A stretch of DNA of 58,497 bases, from the NCBI GenBank assembly GCA_905204915.1, contig CAJLBR010000001.1, positions 1 through 58,497 of the forward strand. The letters run 5' to 3'. The position numbers were made by a program, and so were the translations under genes. The notes beneath the pieces were generated by a model. The model was not told the DNA's origin, made no database searches, and saw only the letters and a list, made by a program, of their open reading frames with translations. Shown here in pieces: positions 46,298 to 56,309 of this stretch. The DNA is from an uncultured Clostridium sp. (GTDB taxonomy: Bacteria; Bacillota; Clostridia; TANB77; CAG-465). How positions within the stretch are numbered: the stretch's first letter is position 1; each line of letters begins with the position of its first letter.

Positions 46298-47491
46298 TTA
46301 ACAATGTTGCTTTGCACTATGTTTTTTATGTCTTTCCTCTGTCTCGCATTTTTTACACTTCGGTCTATATCTATCTTTGTTTTTTGAAAAGTGATGTATT
46401 AGCTTAGTTTCTCCACATTTAGAGCATTTTTTCCATGTTCCTTTTACAACATAAGTGTAATACCGTTCTCGGTACTCCTCCCAATATTTCTTCTCTATTA
46501 CCTTACAAATACTATTTATTGTTATGTTAACCAATTGTTGTTTCATATGTAAGATTTCTATTATCTGATAAGGTTTTACATTTCTTCTGTATAGATTTAA
46601 AACATTCTGTTGATTCTTTGTAAAAGTACACCTACTAAGTACATCTTCAAAATCCATCATGACACAAACCATATCTGTATCATCTATTCCTTCATACTTC
46701 ATTCTAAGTAAGCTTCTTATCTCTTTTTCTGTCGGAATATCAATTTCTTTAAACATCTGTGAACTAGTTGGGACTAAAGGACTTTTAAATGTTATTGGTC
46801 TTTCTAGCAATAATTTACCATTATTTAAATCGTCTTTAACTCCATGAACTAGATAACTAAGTTCCATAGTTCCGTTTCCACTTTTCATTTTATTAATTAA
46901 GTGAACATATAAATCATAATAGTTTCTCAAAACTTCGTGTTTTTCAATATCTTTCTTTTCAAACACAACATCTTTTACTTTATTATAATTTTGTTCTACT
47001 GCTTGGAATATTGGAAAAGCTTCTCCATTATAAGTTTCTTTATTATTTATATAAGGAACTCCTCCATTTCCTATCGCTAATTGATTCATAACTTTTTCTT
47101 CTTTGCAAGCTCTTCTAAACAGCTCTTTACTATTATAGATTTTATACTTTAATTCTTTCTTTTGTTGAACCTCTCCGTCTATTATGTGTTCCTTAGAATT
47201 AAGAATATAAGTACCTAACCTCTCTAAATAGATTGCTACATTAGAAGTTGAATATAAGCTATCCTCTTTTGATAAGTGAATTTTTATTTTCTGTCTTTCT
47301 TCTGTATCAAAAAGTTCCTCAAAGAATTCGTCATAAAACTCTTTTCCATTTATCTCATAAGTGCCTAACATATCTTTCACATATTTAACTCTATTGTCAC
47401 TTCTTTGGATTGTATAGTCTAATTCATAATAATCTCTGATTGACTTCCCACACAGTTTTCCATAAAAATTGTTATTATGAAATTCATTCAA
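46298..47491 (-). CDS. putative transcription regulator (sigma-70 region-4-like HTH + C-terminal zinc ribbon)
   Basis: LSRCTFTKNQQNVLNLYRRNVKPYQIIEILHMKQQLVNITINSICKVIEKK followed by CSKCG...CKKCE. Confidence 0.4.
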   Translation of the reverse strand: MNEFHNNNFYGKLCGKSIRDYYELDYTIQRSDNRVKYVKDMLGTYEINGKEFYDEFFEELFDTEERQKIKIHLSKEDSLYSTSNVAIYLERLGTYILNSKEHIIDGEVQQKKELKYKIYNSKELFRRACKEEKVMNQLAIGNGGVPYINNKETYNGEAFPIFQAVEQNYNKVKDVVFEKKDIEKHEVLRNYYDLYVHLINKMKSGNGTMELSYLVHGVKDDLNNGKLLLERPITFKSPLVPTSSQMFKEIDIPTEKEIRSLLRMKYEGIDDTDMVCVMMDFEDVLSRCTFTKNQQNVLNLYRRNVKPYQIIEILHMKQQLVNITINSICKVIEKKYWEEYRERYYTYVVKGTWKKCSKCGETKLIHHFSKNKDRYRPKCKKCETEERHKKHSAKQHC

Positions 47492-47663
47492 TCATGTCCT
47501 CTTCTCTGTTGCCAACTTTATATCTTTATTATAACAATTTTATTTCAGTATGTCAACTTATTTTTTATTTAGTTGTTTTATTTAATTTTCTGATGTTGTT
47601 TAACTTTATACTTACATTATATATATTTAATATTAGTCTGTCAACTACTTTTTTAAATATTTT

Positions 47664-48053
47664 CTATTTTTTCTTAAATATTCCTGCATAATCTACATCA
47701 ATAATTTCAAACAAAGGTAAATTGTTATGTATTTTTGAGTCAACTTCAATAAAAGTACTATTTATGATTTTACATTTATATTTTGTTTTTATATAACGCT
47801 TCTCAGACTCTCCAGGACTTGCTATGTTTGTGTCTATAATTATATCATAGATAATATCTTCCATTGATATACAACTCTTTAGGCATTGAATTACAAGTTC
47901 ATATGATTTAATAGTTAAAAATTCTACATTAATTTCTAAATATAATTTGTCATCCATTGAATATACTTTGTAAAAATTTGGAGATGGTATATCAATTCCA
48001 TTTATACAAATATTCTTTATATCTCGCAAAATAAACATTTCTCTAATATCCAT
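47664..48053 (-). CDS. hypothetical protein
   Basis: 129-aa ORF. Confidence 0.45.
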   Translation of the reverse strand: MDIREMFILRDIKNICINGIDIPSPNFYKVYSMDDKLYLEINVEFLTIKSYELVIQCLKSCISMEDIIYDIIIDTNIASPGESEKRYIKTKYKCKIINSTFIEVDSKIHNNLPLFEIIDVDYAGIFKKK

Positions 48054-48065
48054 ATAAATCTCCTC

Positions 48066-48395
48066 CTATAATATATTTTCTCTTTTCATACAGTCCAATG
48101 AAATTGTTTGAAAATATTTCATTAATTCATTAAGATGTATGGAAATAAGTTCTGATACAATTCCTTTTTCTTTTAATATTTTTAAATATTCTACATTTTC
48201 CTCTGCATCCTGAGAGACTATGTTCATAAGGATAACATTATCTTGATTCATTTCAATTACCTTAATAACAGAATCATTCATAAGAGCTGTTCTACATAGT
48301 TTTCTAAAATTATGATTTGAATCATTATACCCTTGATTTTTCATATCCTCTATACATTGATTTATTTCATGTTGAAATTCTAATACATGGTTCAT
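48066..48395 (-). CDS. hypothetical protein
   Basis: 109-aa ORF. Confidence 0.45.
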   Translation of the reverse strand: MNHVLEFQHEINQCIEDMKNQGYNDSNHNFRKLCRTALMNDSVIKVIEMNQDNVILMNIVSQDAEENVEYLKILKEKGIVSELISIHLNELMKYFQTISLDCMKRENIL

Positions 48396-48496
48396 ATTTA
48401 ACTCCTTTTGTAATATAAAGCTCTACAATAGACATAGAGCCATTCCATTTTATTTCTTGACTATTTCATTGATGAATGATTTTAATTTGCTTAAAA

Positions 48497-48520
48497 TAGA
48501 TACAGGGCGATGCCCTGCAT
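48497..48520 (-). terminator. terminator-like GC hairpin
   Basis: CAGGGC-AUC-GCCCUG followed by UAUCUAUUUU. Confidence 0.45.
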
Positions 48521-48539
48521 GTCATAAGATAAGTGTGAA

Positions 48540-49286
48540 TTATTTTTCTAAGTATTTCACGAACTCTTCTCCATTTGTGCAGAAAGTTTTTATCATAGCC
48601 TTCATTAAACTATATGACATTTCAGAATGATTTTGGCTGTCTAATTCTGCACTTGCTTGTTTGAAACTATCTTCTGTATTTTTCTTTAATATTTCTTCTA
48701 CAAATAAAGTACAACTTAACTCCATTCCTTCATAAAGGTCGCTAGCTCTGATTGGAACTACTTTATCCCACTCTTCCCATTTGTCATGAGAAAGAACTTT
48801 ATGACCTTCTTCAATCCATTTCTCAATATCTTTAACTCCTTCTAAACTTTTTAGGTACATCTTCTTATTTAAATAATTAGCAACTTCTTCTAATGAATTA
48901 AAATATTTCCCACCATTTCTTTCTACCATTCGACCAACTCTATTTAAAGATTTCATTTGTCCTTTATCGAATGCTAGTTTAGGAAGAGCTAACTCTGTGA
49001 GACTATGCATTGGATTATCATCTTCTTCTAGCACACAGAATAAAGTTTTATGAGGTCTTTTATTACTATCATCTACTACTTCAGCTATACTATATACTCC
49101 TGTCATCAATGGAGTTATAACATATAAACAATAATCACATATTTCTCTTTGTCTTAACTCTTCTTGATAACATTCTTCAGTCCAATCATCTACTACTGGA
49201 TTGAAGTAATCTATTTTTAACATTGGAATTAATTTTTCTCTCCATTTACTGTTATTACATGTTCCTCCTAAAAATACTTTACTCAT
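48540..49286 (-). CDS. nucleoside 2-deoxyribosyltransferase-like protein with extra C-terminal domain
   Basis: N-terminal VFLGGTCNNSKWREKLIPML...FNPVVDDW...YVITPLMTGVYSIAEV pattern. Confidence 0.45.
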   Translation of the reverse strand: MSKVFLGGTCNNSKWREKLIPMLKIDYFNPVVDDWTEECYQEELRQREICDYCLYVITPLMTGVYSIAEVVDDSNKRPHKTLFCVLEEDDNPMHSLTELALPKLAFDKGQMKSLNRVGRMVERNGGKYFNSLEEVANYLNKKMYLKSLEGVKDIEKWIEEGHKVLSHDKWEEWDKVVPIRASDLYEGMELSCTLFVEEILKKNTEDSFKQASAELDSQNHSEMSYSLMKAMIKTFCTNGEEFVKYLEK

Positions 49287-49333
49287 TATTATCTCCTTTC
49301 ATTTATTGAATTTTATATTATATCCAAAAAATG

Positions 49334-49358
49334 TAGCACCTAATATAGAGGCGCTACA
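49334..49358 (-). terminator. rho-independent terminator
   Basis: GUAGCGCC-loop-GGUGCUAC followed by AUUUUUUGG. Confidence 0.55.
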
Positions 49359-49808
49359 AAAAATGGATATTTTAGCCTTATAGGTAATAATTTTCTATCT
49401 CTATTTTTTATTATTTCACGATGAATATCTTGCCCCTTTTTATATACTTTCTTTTAAGGAATACAAAAATATGACTATCGTTTTAGATAAGTTTTTTCTA
49501 CCTAAAAAGAAACCTCAAAAATTGGTTTGGAACTTTTTTGTAAATTATTTTTCCAACCATTCTTGTAATAGACTTCTCATTCTCTTTGAAGGTATATATA
49601 TATTAATTTCATTTTCTTCTCTTATAGCACTTCTAAACAACCATTGTATTAATTCAGATAATGCCCATGTCTCTTCATCAATGTTTACGCCCTTTTTTTT
49701 TCTGCAAAAGTTTAAATAAGTTTAACCGTTTCTGTCGTGGTACATAATACATAACAATCAAATCACAAAAAAGTGTATTTTAGATAGGATTTTTCTATTT
49801 AAAATGTA

Positions 49809-49869
49809 TTTTAAAATACTGTGCCTAATACCATGTGTCTTTTTAAAATACTGTGCCTAATACCATGTG
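49809..49869. repeat. 29-bp direct repeat x2 (3-bp spacer) abutting the stop of paralog B
   Basis: TTTTAAAATACTGTGCCTAATACCATGTG at 49809-49837 and at 49841-49869. Confidence 0.9.
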
Positions 49870-50784
49870 CTACTTAATCATACAGTATTTTATTATCGCT
49901 TTAGCATTTTCTATATTAGTACCCTTCCAAACAACATATGGATTTACGACATAATAATTTTCTTTTTTATCTCCATATCCTATTGTAATATCACATAAAA
50001 AGTAATACTTCTTATCGCTCAAAGTAACATAAAATCTTCTTAAATCTTTCTTTAAATTGCTTATAGATTTACTATCGTCACTTAAACCAAGCATTCTGCT
50101 TATGTCTGTAAAATGCAATTTGTCTAATAATTCAATTTCTTTTTCTTGAGGATTTTTGCACAATATATTACTTTCATAATGTAAAAATGGTAATAATTGA
50201 TATACATAACTTAATTGCCTATGTTGCCTAGGAGTACAATTTTCATATAATTCTCTAGTTGTATCAATAAACATTCTAATATATTCTTTGTTTTTAAAAT
50301 TGTTTCTACCCTTATTAACATATTTTGGATTTAAATAAAATTTTTTATTCTCTTCGAAGAATAATTCTTTTTCTTTTACTTCTTTTAAAAAATCATAAAA
50401 AGCTTTTTCTCCTAATTTCAAAACTTTTCTTATATCTTTCTTTGTCATATACTCAATTTTATTATCTTTACCATGCTTTACTAAGACATTTTCTTCTCTG
50501 TTATTGTAGTCAATATAGGTTGCCAAATATAAAAATCTACTTATTGTTGCAGGTTTTAAATTTAGAGCATTAAATAATAATTGATTTTTTACATAACATA
50601 CATGTAAATATCCACCTAACTCCTTACAGTGAGATTTTAAATCATTTTTTTGATTTATAATAGCTATTTGTTCGGGAGTTAGGTTTTTTATAACTTTTAT
50701 TGTTTCTCCCTGTTTAATTAATCCTACACATTCAAGTTCTCCGTTTATACTCTCTTTATAAACTCTTTTGTATTTATCTGTCAT
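49870..50784 (-). CDS. putative DNA-binding / replication-initiator-like protein, paralog B
   Basis: 304-aa ORF, homologous along its full length to 6945..7853. Flanked by the 15-mer ATAGGATTTTTCTAT at 49784-49798 and 50822-50836. Confidence 0.55.
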   Translation of the reverse strand: MTDKYKRVYKESINGELECVGLIKQGETIKVIKNLTPEQIAIINQKNDLKSHCKELGGYLHVCYVKNQLLFNALNLKPATISRFLYLATYIDYNNREENVLVKHGKDNKIEYMTKKDIRKVLKLGEKAFYDFLKEVKEKELFFEENKKFYLNPKYVNKGRNNFKNKEYIRMFIDTTRELYENCTPRQHRQLSYVYQLLPFLHYESNILCKNPQEKEIELLDKLHFTDISRMLGLSDDSKSISNLKKDLRRFYVTLSDKKYYFLCDITIGYGDKKENYYVVNPYVVWKGTNIENAKAIIKYCMIK

Positions 50785-50866
50785 ATTTTTTCTCCTTTTC
50801 TGTGTCTCTTCCTTTATTTGTATAGGATTTTTCTATCTTAAAAAACAATAAATTTATTTAAATTTG

Positions 50867-51127
50867 TCAACTAACATATTCTTCGAATCCGTCGAAGTAT
50901 AATTCTCCGTCTATAATACCTGCCCATGCATAACAGTTTATATCACAACCAGGAGAATCGAACCCTCCTATGTATTTAAAATCTAATTCAACATCAAACA
51001 TTTTCTCAACATGAATTATTACATCATCTACTGTTTCTATTCCATTTTCTTCATCTATTCTTATATATCCAGTTTCATCATCTAAATAATAAGAAATTTC
51101 TGTTTTTATTCTTTCTATTTTATTCAT
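50867..51127 (-). CDS. hypothetical acidic protein
   Basis: 86-aa ORF. Confidence 0.45.
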   Translation of the reverse strand: MNKIERIKTEISYYLDDETGYIRIDEENGIETVDDVIIHVEKMFDVELDFKYIGGFDSPGCDINCYAWAGIIDGELYFDGFEEYVS

Positions 51128-51244
51128 TATGTTATCCTCTTTCTTTATAAATTTTAACTTCCTTCCTCATTTTTACCTTACATACCTAATTTACTTACTA
51201 TCCATAATACTATGATAAATATAATTATTACATCTGCTATTGCT

Positions 51245-51430
51245 CTATTCATGAAATCCTCCTCTTATAATCCAATCCTCTGGAACTTCCTCTTGAGTAC
51301 AATCTCCTAATATTTCATGTATAGGACAATTCCCAAATTTTCGCATATTATTGCAATCCTTGCTTGGTACAGATTTACAAGTTTTCTTAATTAATTCAAG
51401 TGCTTTTATTAACTCTTTTCTATCTTCCAT
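51245..51430 (-). CDS. hypothetical Cys-rich small protein
   Basis: 61-aa ORF. Confidence 0.4.
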   Translation of the reverse strand: MEDRKELIKALELIKKTCKSVPSKDCNNMRKFGNCPIHEILGDCTQEEVPEDWIIRGGFHE

Positions 51431-51448
51431 TATTTCACCTCCAATATT

Positions 51449-52288
51449 TTATTTAACATATTTTGTTCTCTCTTTCGATAATTCTTCTTTAGTTATTTTT
51501 CTAAGTAATTTAACCCTTTCACAACGAATTTTCCCATCTGTATTATACGGAACACAAACTCCACTTAACCATTCAAATGGTATTAATACTTTCCAAATAT
51601 TTGTTTCTTCGTTGTTAGAGAAAATCTTATATAAATTATTAAAAGAAATTAAATTTTCTTCTATCCATTCTAATGTTGCAACATTTATTCCATAACTGCA
51701 AGTATCAAACCTGTTGGCATCAACTACTTCATTAAGAATCCCATTTTCTTTTATGTCCCAATATTCAGGAATTTTATATTGAAATTCAAATAATTTATAT
51801 GCAATATATCCTTCTTTTGTTTTTTCGAAATTTTTATTTAAATAATCTATTGAATTGATTAATCCTTTTGTATTTGAAAGTTGACTAGATATAAAGGAAC
51901 AATGCGAAAATTCTGTATTTGTAAAATCTATTTCTCTAGTTCTTATAAAATCAAAATTACTAGCTGCTAAAGATGCATTTAAAAAATTTACATTATCAAT
52001 TTCTGCTCCTTTAAATAAAGTTCCATCTATAACAGAAGATGAAAAAGAACAATTTTTTATCATAGAATAAGATAGATTTGTATTAATGATAAATGAATCA
52101 TTAAAATCAACATTTTTAAAAATTGCATCTGTTAAGTCTAAGTTTTCAATTCTTTTTTTAGATAAATCTATATTAATCAATGTTAGTCTGCTAGATTCTT
52201 CTGCTTGTCCATTTAACCATTTTTTATGCTCTTTCGCTCTTTCTATGAATTCGTTTATTGACATTTTTGTTTTCATACTTACCTCCAA
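51449..52288 (-). CDS. pentapeptide-repeat protein with C-terminal domain
   Basis: Repeats NLSYSMIKNCSFSSSVIDGTLFKGAEIDNVNFLNASLAASNFDF. Confidence 0.6.
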   Translation of the reverse strand: MEVSMKTKMSINEFIERAKEHKKWLNGQAEESSRLTLINIDLSKKRIENLDLTDAIFKNVDFNDSFIINTNLSYSMIKNCSFSSSVIDGTLFKGAEIDNVNFLNASLAASNFDFIRTREIDFTNTEFSHCSFISSQLSNTKGLINSIDYLNKNFEKTKEGYIAYKLFEFQYKIPEYWDIKENGILNEVVDANRFDTCSYGINVATLEWIEENLISFNNLYKIFSNNEETNIWKVLIPFEWLSGVCVPYNTDGKIRCERVKLLRKITKEELSKERTKYVK

Positions 52289-53110
52289 TCATATAGCTTC
52301 TTTAGCTAAATTTTCTTTTAATATTTTTCTTACTTTATCTAAGTCTTTTGTTCCATAAGTTCTATATACTCTTGATTTAATAGATTTAGGAGATTTTTTA
52401 TTTATCTCTCTAGCTATTGATAAATAATCATACCCTTGCAGTATTAAATTCTCCAAAGTATATACTTCATTGTCTGTCCAAAATTCTCTATCTTTCTTTA
52501 TGGGTCTTGCTTTCGTGTTCATTCTTTGCACCTTTTGAAGTATCCCATCTTCTGTTCTACACAATCTTTGAGCTATCTCATAACAAGAATATTTATATTC
52601 ATTCACTAAGAACAATAAGTATTCTTCGTCTCTTTGAGTCCATTCTCTATTGTATTTTGATATTTCTGTTTGATTCACTTTATCTCTGTTTCTTTTTGGT
52701 TCTACCCAATCTGGTTCTTTCCCTAGCATAAGTCTATCGAACTTAGAAAAATCAAGAAATGTTTGATTGTCTTCTGCCCACTTCCAAAAGTTTTTTATAT
52801 GTACACATTTAACCTTTTTACTTTCTATTGTTTTGGTTAAAATCGGAAAATCTCTCTTCATCCAAGCTTTTATAGAATTAGGAGAAGGATTATCACAATA
52901 TCCTGTGTAGCCTAATGTATCAAATAATTCTCTTAAAGTTATATAGTCACTACCTTTAAGGAATGGCCCTAGATTTAATCTACTTCTTCTTCTTTTAATG
53001 CCAGGTATTGTTCTTTCTAATTTTTTAGACAATTGAGGAAGACTCATGACTCCCCAATTTTCTGCTAGATATTCATCTTCTTCTTTTGTCCACTTTTTAT
53101 ATGTTCTCAT
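52289..53110 (-). CDS. DNA-binding protein with three Myb/SANT-like repeats
   Basis: WTKEEDEYLAENW, WTQRDEEYLLFLV and WTDNEVYTLENLI. Confidence 0.55.
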   Translation of the reverse strand: MRTYKKWTKEEDEYLAENWGVMSLPQLSKKLERTIPGIKRRRSRLNLGPFLKGSDYITLRELFDTLGYTGYCDNPSPNSIKAWMKRDFPILTKTIESKKVKCVHIKNFWKWAEDNQTFLDFSKFDRLMLGKEPDWVEPKRNRDKVNQTEISKYNREWTQRDEEYLLFLVNEYKYSCYEIAQRLCRTEDGILQKVQRMNTKARPIKKDREFWTDNEVYTLENLILQGYDYLSIAREINKKSPKSIKSRVYRTYGTKDLDKVRKILKENLAKEAI

Positions 53111-53128
53111 TTTGTCCCCCTTTATTAA

Positions 53129-53554
53129 CTATTGAATAAGTCTTGCCTTATCGTAAAAATTACAAGAATTAGTCATTTCGTTATATACATAATAACTTTT
53201 AGCAAATTCGTCATATTTTATAAATCGAACTTTGGTCCACTTATTTTCTTCATTTAATATTTCTATCTTGTCTCCAAACTTTAAATTGTTTAAAAATTTA
53301 ACTTCAACTCTTTCCCAGATAAGTTGTTCTCCTAAATATATTTTCATTATGTCATATTCTGAACGAAATCTATGAGTGAAATCGTTTTTATACTCTCCTA
53401 AATCTCCTAATATATAAATATTTCCAGTAGCTATTGCATTTCCTGTAAAACGAGTTATATTAGGAATACTAATTATTTCTCCTTTTATTAAAAAGTAATT
53501 AAAGCCATTTCTAAGTTTTAATTCCATACCATTTTTTAAGTCATTAAGTTTCAA
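53129..53554 (-). CDS. hypothetical protein
   Basis: 141-aa ORF. Confidence 0.45.
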   Translation of the reverse strand: MKLNDLKNGMELKLRNGFNYFLIKGEIISIPNITRFTGNAIATGNIYILGDLGEYKNDFTHRFRSEYDIMKIYLGEQLIWERVEVKFLNNLKFGDKIEILNEENKWTKVRFIKYDEFAKSYYVYNEMTNSCNFYDKARLIQ

Positions 53555-53793
53555 AACATATCACCCCCCTCGGTATAATATTTACATAATTTTGCATTTA
53601 ATCCTTCAAATAGAATATATTTTTCTTTAATAGAACAACTAATATCTCCTACATAATCTTCTTTATGAAATATGCAATTATTACATATTCTTTTAACTCT
53701 AAATCTAAAAGGATGTTTATTTCTATAATCTTGTTTCGCTTTTTCTAAGGTCCATGTTTCTTTCTTAGGTTTTTTATCTTCAATAATAATCAT
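53551..53793 (-). CDS. hypothetical Cys-rich protein
   Basis: 80-aa ORF, 4-nt overlap with its neighbour. Confidence 0.45.
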   Translation of the reverse strand: MIIIEDKKPKKETWTLEKAKQDYRNKHPFRFRVKRICNNCIFHKEDYVGDISCSIKEKYILFEGLNAKLCKYYTEGGDMF

Positions 53794-53794
53794 T

Positions 53795-54043
53795 TTAGAA
53801 TCCTTTCTTTATAGTTCCATCTGCCTTATATACAGGACACATAAATCCTTCAGCATAAGATGTGTTTACATAGTAATGAATTCTTGTTTCATTATCCATA
53901 ACTTCTGTTACAGTATATCCATTTATTTTCTTTTCTTTTGAAATAACAGTAAATCCTTTTGTTTCAGTCATTTCTTTGCATCCTGTTGTACTAAAACAGA
54001 ATATACCAATTATTCCAATTAGTAATATTTTTTTAATTTTCAT
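53795..54043 (-). CDS. lipoprotein
   Basis: Signal peptide plus lipobox FSTTGC. Confidence 0.6.
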   Translation of the reverse strand: MKIKKILLIGIIGIFCFSTTGCKEMTETKGFTVISKEKKINGYTVTEVMDNETRIHYYVNTSYAEGFMCPVYKADGTIKKGF

Positions 54044-54059
54044 GTTTATTTCCTTTCTG

Positions 54060-54245
54060 TTAAACTAAAATACATATTGTTTTGCCACATTTTGAACATG
54101 TAATATAAATACAATATTCTCCTTTTGTTATTTCAAAGTTCTTTACATTTCCTAATTGAACTTCTCCATATTCATTAAAATTATTTGTTTCTTTTATTTC
54201 ACTTTCATTTCCACAGTCACATATAATTTTCATATCATTCACCAT
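54060..54245 (-). CDS. small zinc-ribbon protein
   Basis: CDCG...CSKCG. Confidence 0.45.
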   Translation of the reverse strand: MVNDMKIICDCGNESEIKETNNFNEYGEVQLGNVKNFEITKGEYCIYITCSKCGKTICILV

Positions 54246-54393
54246 CGTCTGTACTATAATAAATTAAAATTATTCCATATCTTAAACTATTATCACATAA
54301 TATTGAAATTATTGATTTAGGATATATTTTATTTTTATTTAAATAATCCTTTAAATCCATATAATCATCAAAATATTCTACTTTATATTCCAT
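54235..54393 (-). CDS. hypothetical small protein
   Basis: ORF 54235..54531 trimmed to MEYKVEYFDD, which follows AGGAAG. The longer form overlaps the upstream gene out of frame. Confidence 0.4.
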   Translation of the reverse strand: MEYKVEYFDDYMDLKDYLNKNKIYPKSIISILCDNSLRYGIILIYYSTDDGE

Positions 54394-54403
54394 AAGACAC
54401 TTC

Positions 54404-55030
54404 CTATTTCTTATATAAATTATAATTATTAACGAGCCAATTAAAATGACAATCACATTTATTATTTCTTCTTGGCTTATAATCACATTCAGAACAACGT
54501 ACTTTATGACAATATGCTTTAAATTCATCATCTATTTTTTTATTTGTTGTTGTTTCTTCAGGAACTAATTTAGCATACTTCCAAGAAACTAAAATAGGAT
54601 TATTTGGACGTAAAGTACTCCAAGAAGTCATTCCATTTGAAAAGGTCGCAACTTCTCCATTTATAAATCCAGCAAAGTGTCTTTTCTCCCATCCCCCATT
54701 TTCGCTATTCTTTACTAAAACTTTTGTGTCAACTGGAACTTTGCTCCAATCTATTTGGAATATAGACCAAATCATTTTTTCTTCATTGTCAAATATTCTT
54801 ACTATATCCAAACTAGATGAATTCTTTGAAGTTAAGTCGTTTTCATAATCTTCTAGAAAATCCCACAATGTTTCACATGGAACTAGAGTATGTTCCATAG
54901 TTTTAGTATATACCATGCCTTCAATAACATAATAAGTACTACCCATTCTTAATTCAAAAAGCATTCCATTTATTATTTCTGATTTTTGCATATTAAACCT
55001 CCTTTGTAACATCGTTAATATTTCCACCAA
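54404..55030 (-). CDS. hypothetical protein
   Basis: 208-aa ORF. Confidence 0.5.
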   Translation of the reverse strand: MVEILTMLQRRFNMQKSEIINGMLFELRMGSTYYVIEGMVYTKTMEHTLVPCETLWDFLEDYENDLTSKNSSSLDIVRIFDNEEKMIWSIFQIDWSKVPVDTKVLVKNSENGGWEKRHFAGFINGEVATFSNGMTSWSTLRPNNPILVSWKYAKLVPEETTTNKKIDDEFKAYCHKVRCSECDYKPRRNNKCDCHFNWLVNNYNLYKK

Positions 55031-55691
55031 AAGAACTATTTTGGCTTTCTATGAAATCTATAAATTTTTCATAAAAATCTCTTAATGATAAATCTGTATT
55101 TATTGTTCCTGATATTTCAAATATATTCTTTGATACACTCCATTCTATTACTTCGAATTCATTCGATTTAAAAAATCCACAAGAGCTATATCCTAATTCC
55201 TCTCTATATGATATAAACTCGAAGCAAATTCTTTCTTTATAATCTTTCCACCCTAAGTAACAAGCTTCTAATAAATTATTTATTTCTATTTCTTTATTTT
55301 GATTTATCCAACAGAGAAATTCTGCTACTTCTTGTTGTGTTTTACAGTGAATTGCAATGTTTTCAGAAGCAAATATATCCCATGTTAAATTTTCTCTAGT
55401 TATAGTTTTATCTGGTTTCCATTCATAATAAGTTTTTTCAAAATCATCCATCAATCCCCAACTTACTCTTTTATTTAGTCTATTAACATTATAAAATGTT
55501 TTTCCCTTGTATGCATTCCAATAAGTATTATTTAATGTTTCAAAGTCGTTTCCAGTTACTGCCCACTTGAAACCATTTTCACCTAAGAAGTTTAATAAAT
55601 CCATAGCTGCTCTTTCTGTTTTACAGTTGATATTAACTTCTGTTAAATCACTAGTAAATTCTTTAAATATATTCCTATTTAATATTGCCAT
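54993..55691 (-). CDS. hypothetical protein
   Basis: 232-aa ORF. Confidence 0.5.
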   Translation of the reverse strand: MAILNRNIFKEFTSDLTEVNINCKTERAAMDLLNFLGENGFKWAVTGNDFETLNNTYWNAYKGKTFYNVNRLNKRVSWGLMDDFEKTYYEWKPDKTITRENLTWDIFASENIAIHCKTQQEVAEFLCWINQNKEIEINNLLEACYLGWKDYKERICFEFISYREELGYSSCGFFKSNEFEVIEWSVSKNIFEISGTINTDLSLRDFYEKFIDFIESQNSSFGGNINDVTKEV

Positions 55692-56254
55692 TTTCCTACC
55701 TCTTTCTTATACACATAGTAATAAAAAATATTATCAATAGCTATCCCAATAAACATTAGAAGGAATCCTAACTTTGTCGGTAATACTATTAAAGAACTAA
55801 ATGCATATCCTATAATACAAGCTATATTATTATAATAAACAGTCTTGTTATCAAATTTTTCCCTGTCTTCTCCTTCGTATCTTAACGATTTTAAACGAAC
55901 TCCTGCGCATATGATATTTCTTGTTATTAAGGAGCTTAATATAGCATCTGACATAAAGAAGAATAATGGAGATATTCCATCTACTATAAACAAATAAATC
56001 AATATGCCATATAGAATAACTTCTATTGATAAGAAAAAGGAAAAAGCTCTATAAAGAACTTTTCCTTTAGATAACCAAATCTTTGTTATTAATACAGTAA
56101 GAACACAATTTAACAAACTAGCTATGCTAAGAAGATTAGAAGTTATTGCACTTACAGTTACTGTATGAACAATTGGATATGCAATAGAATAAAACAAACT
56201 ACTAGAAAATCCTGCTATCAATAATTTATCTTTATTTTTGTTTATTTGCACCAA
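55679..56254 (-). CDS. multi-pass membrane protein
   Basis: 191 aa, about 6 hydrophobic helices, TTG/GTG start. Confidence 0.5.
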   Translation of the reverse strand: MVQINKNKDKLLIAGFSSSLFYSIAYPIVHTVTVSAITSNLLSIASLLNCVLTVLITKIWLSKGKVLYRAFSFFLSIEVILYGILIYLFIVDGISPLFFFMSDAILSSLITRNIICAGVRLKSLRYEGEDREKFDNKTVYYNNIACIIGYAFSSLIVLPTKLGFLLMFIGIAIDNIFYYYVYKKEVGKWQY

Positions 56255-56309
56255 ACCACCATACTCCCATTATGAATCCTATACATATTCCAATTATAAG
56301 TTTAACCAT
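56232..56309 (-). CDS. candidate 25-aa single-TM peptide (MVKLIIGICIGFIMGVWWFGANKQK)
   Basis: ATG preceded by AGAGGTGA. Below the ORF-track size cutoff. Confidence 0.3.
   Translation of the reverse strand: MVKLIIGICIGFIMGVWWFGANKQK

Noticed and set aside
2700-52731. Remaining plus-strand ORFs in the track (for example 2700..3011, 4947..5291, 13290..13910, 31415..31729, 47440..47691, 51351..51695, 52417..52731).
   Set aside because: All lie antisense within well-supported minus-strand genes, give Phe/Leu/Ile/Ser-rich translations typical of AT-rich antisense frames, and lack RBS motifs.
54394-54531. Long form of ORF 54235..54531 (98 aa).
   Set aside because: Its first 46 codons overlap the 3' end of gene 54404..55030 out of frame and are Ile/Val low-complexity. 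The internal ATG with an RBS at 54393 is preferred.
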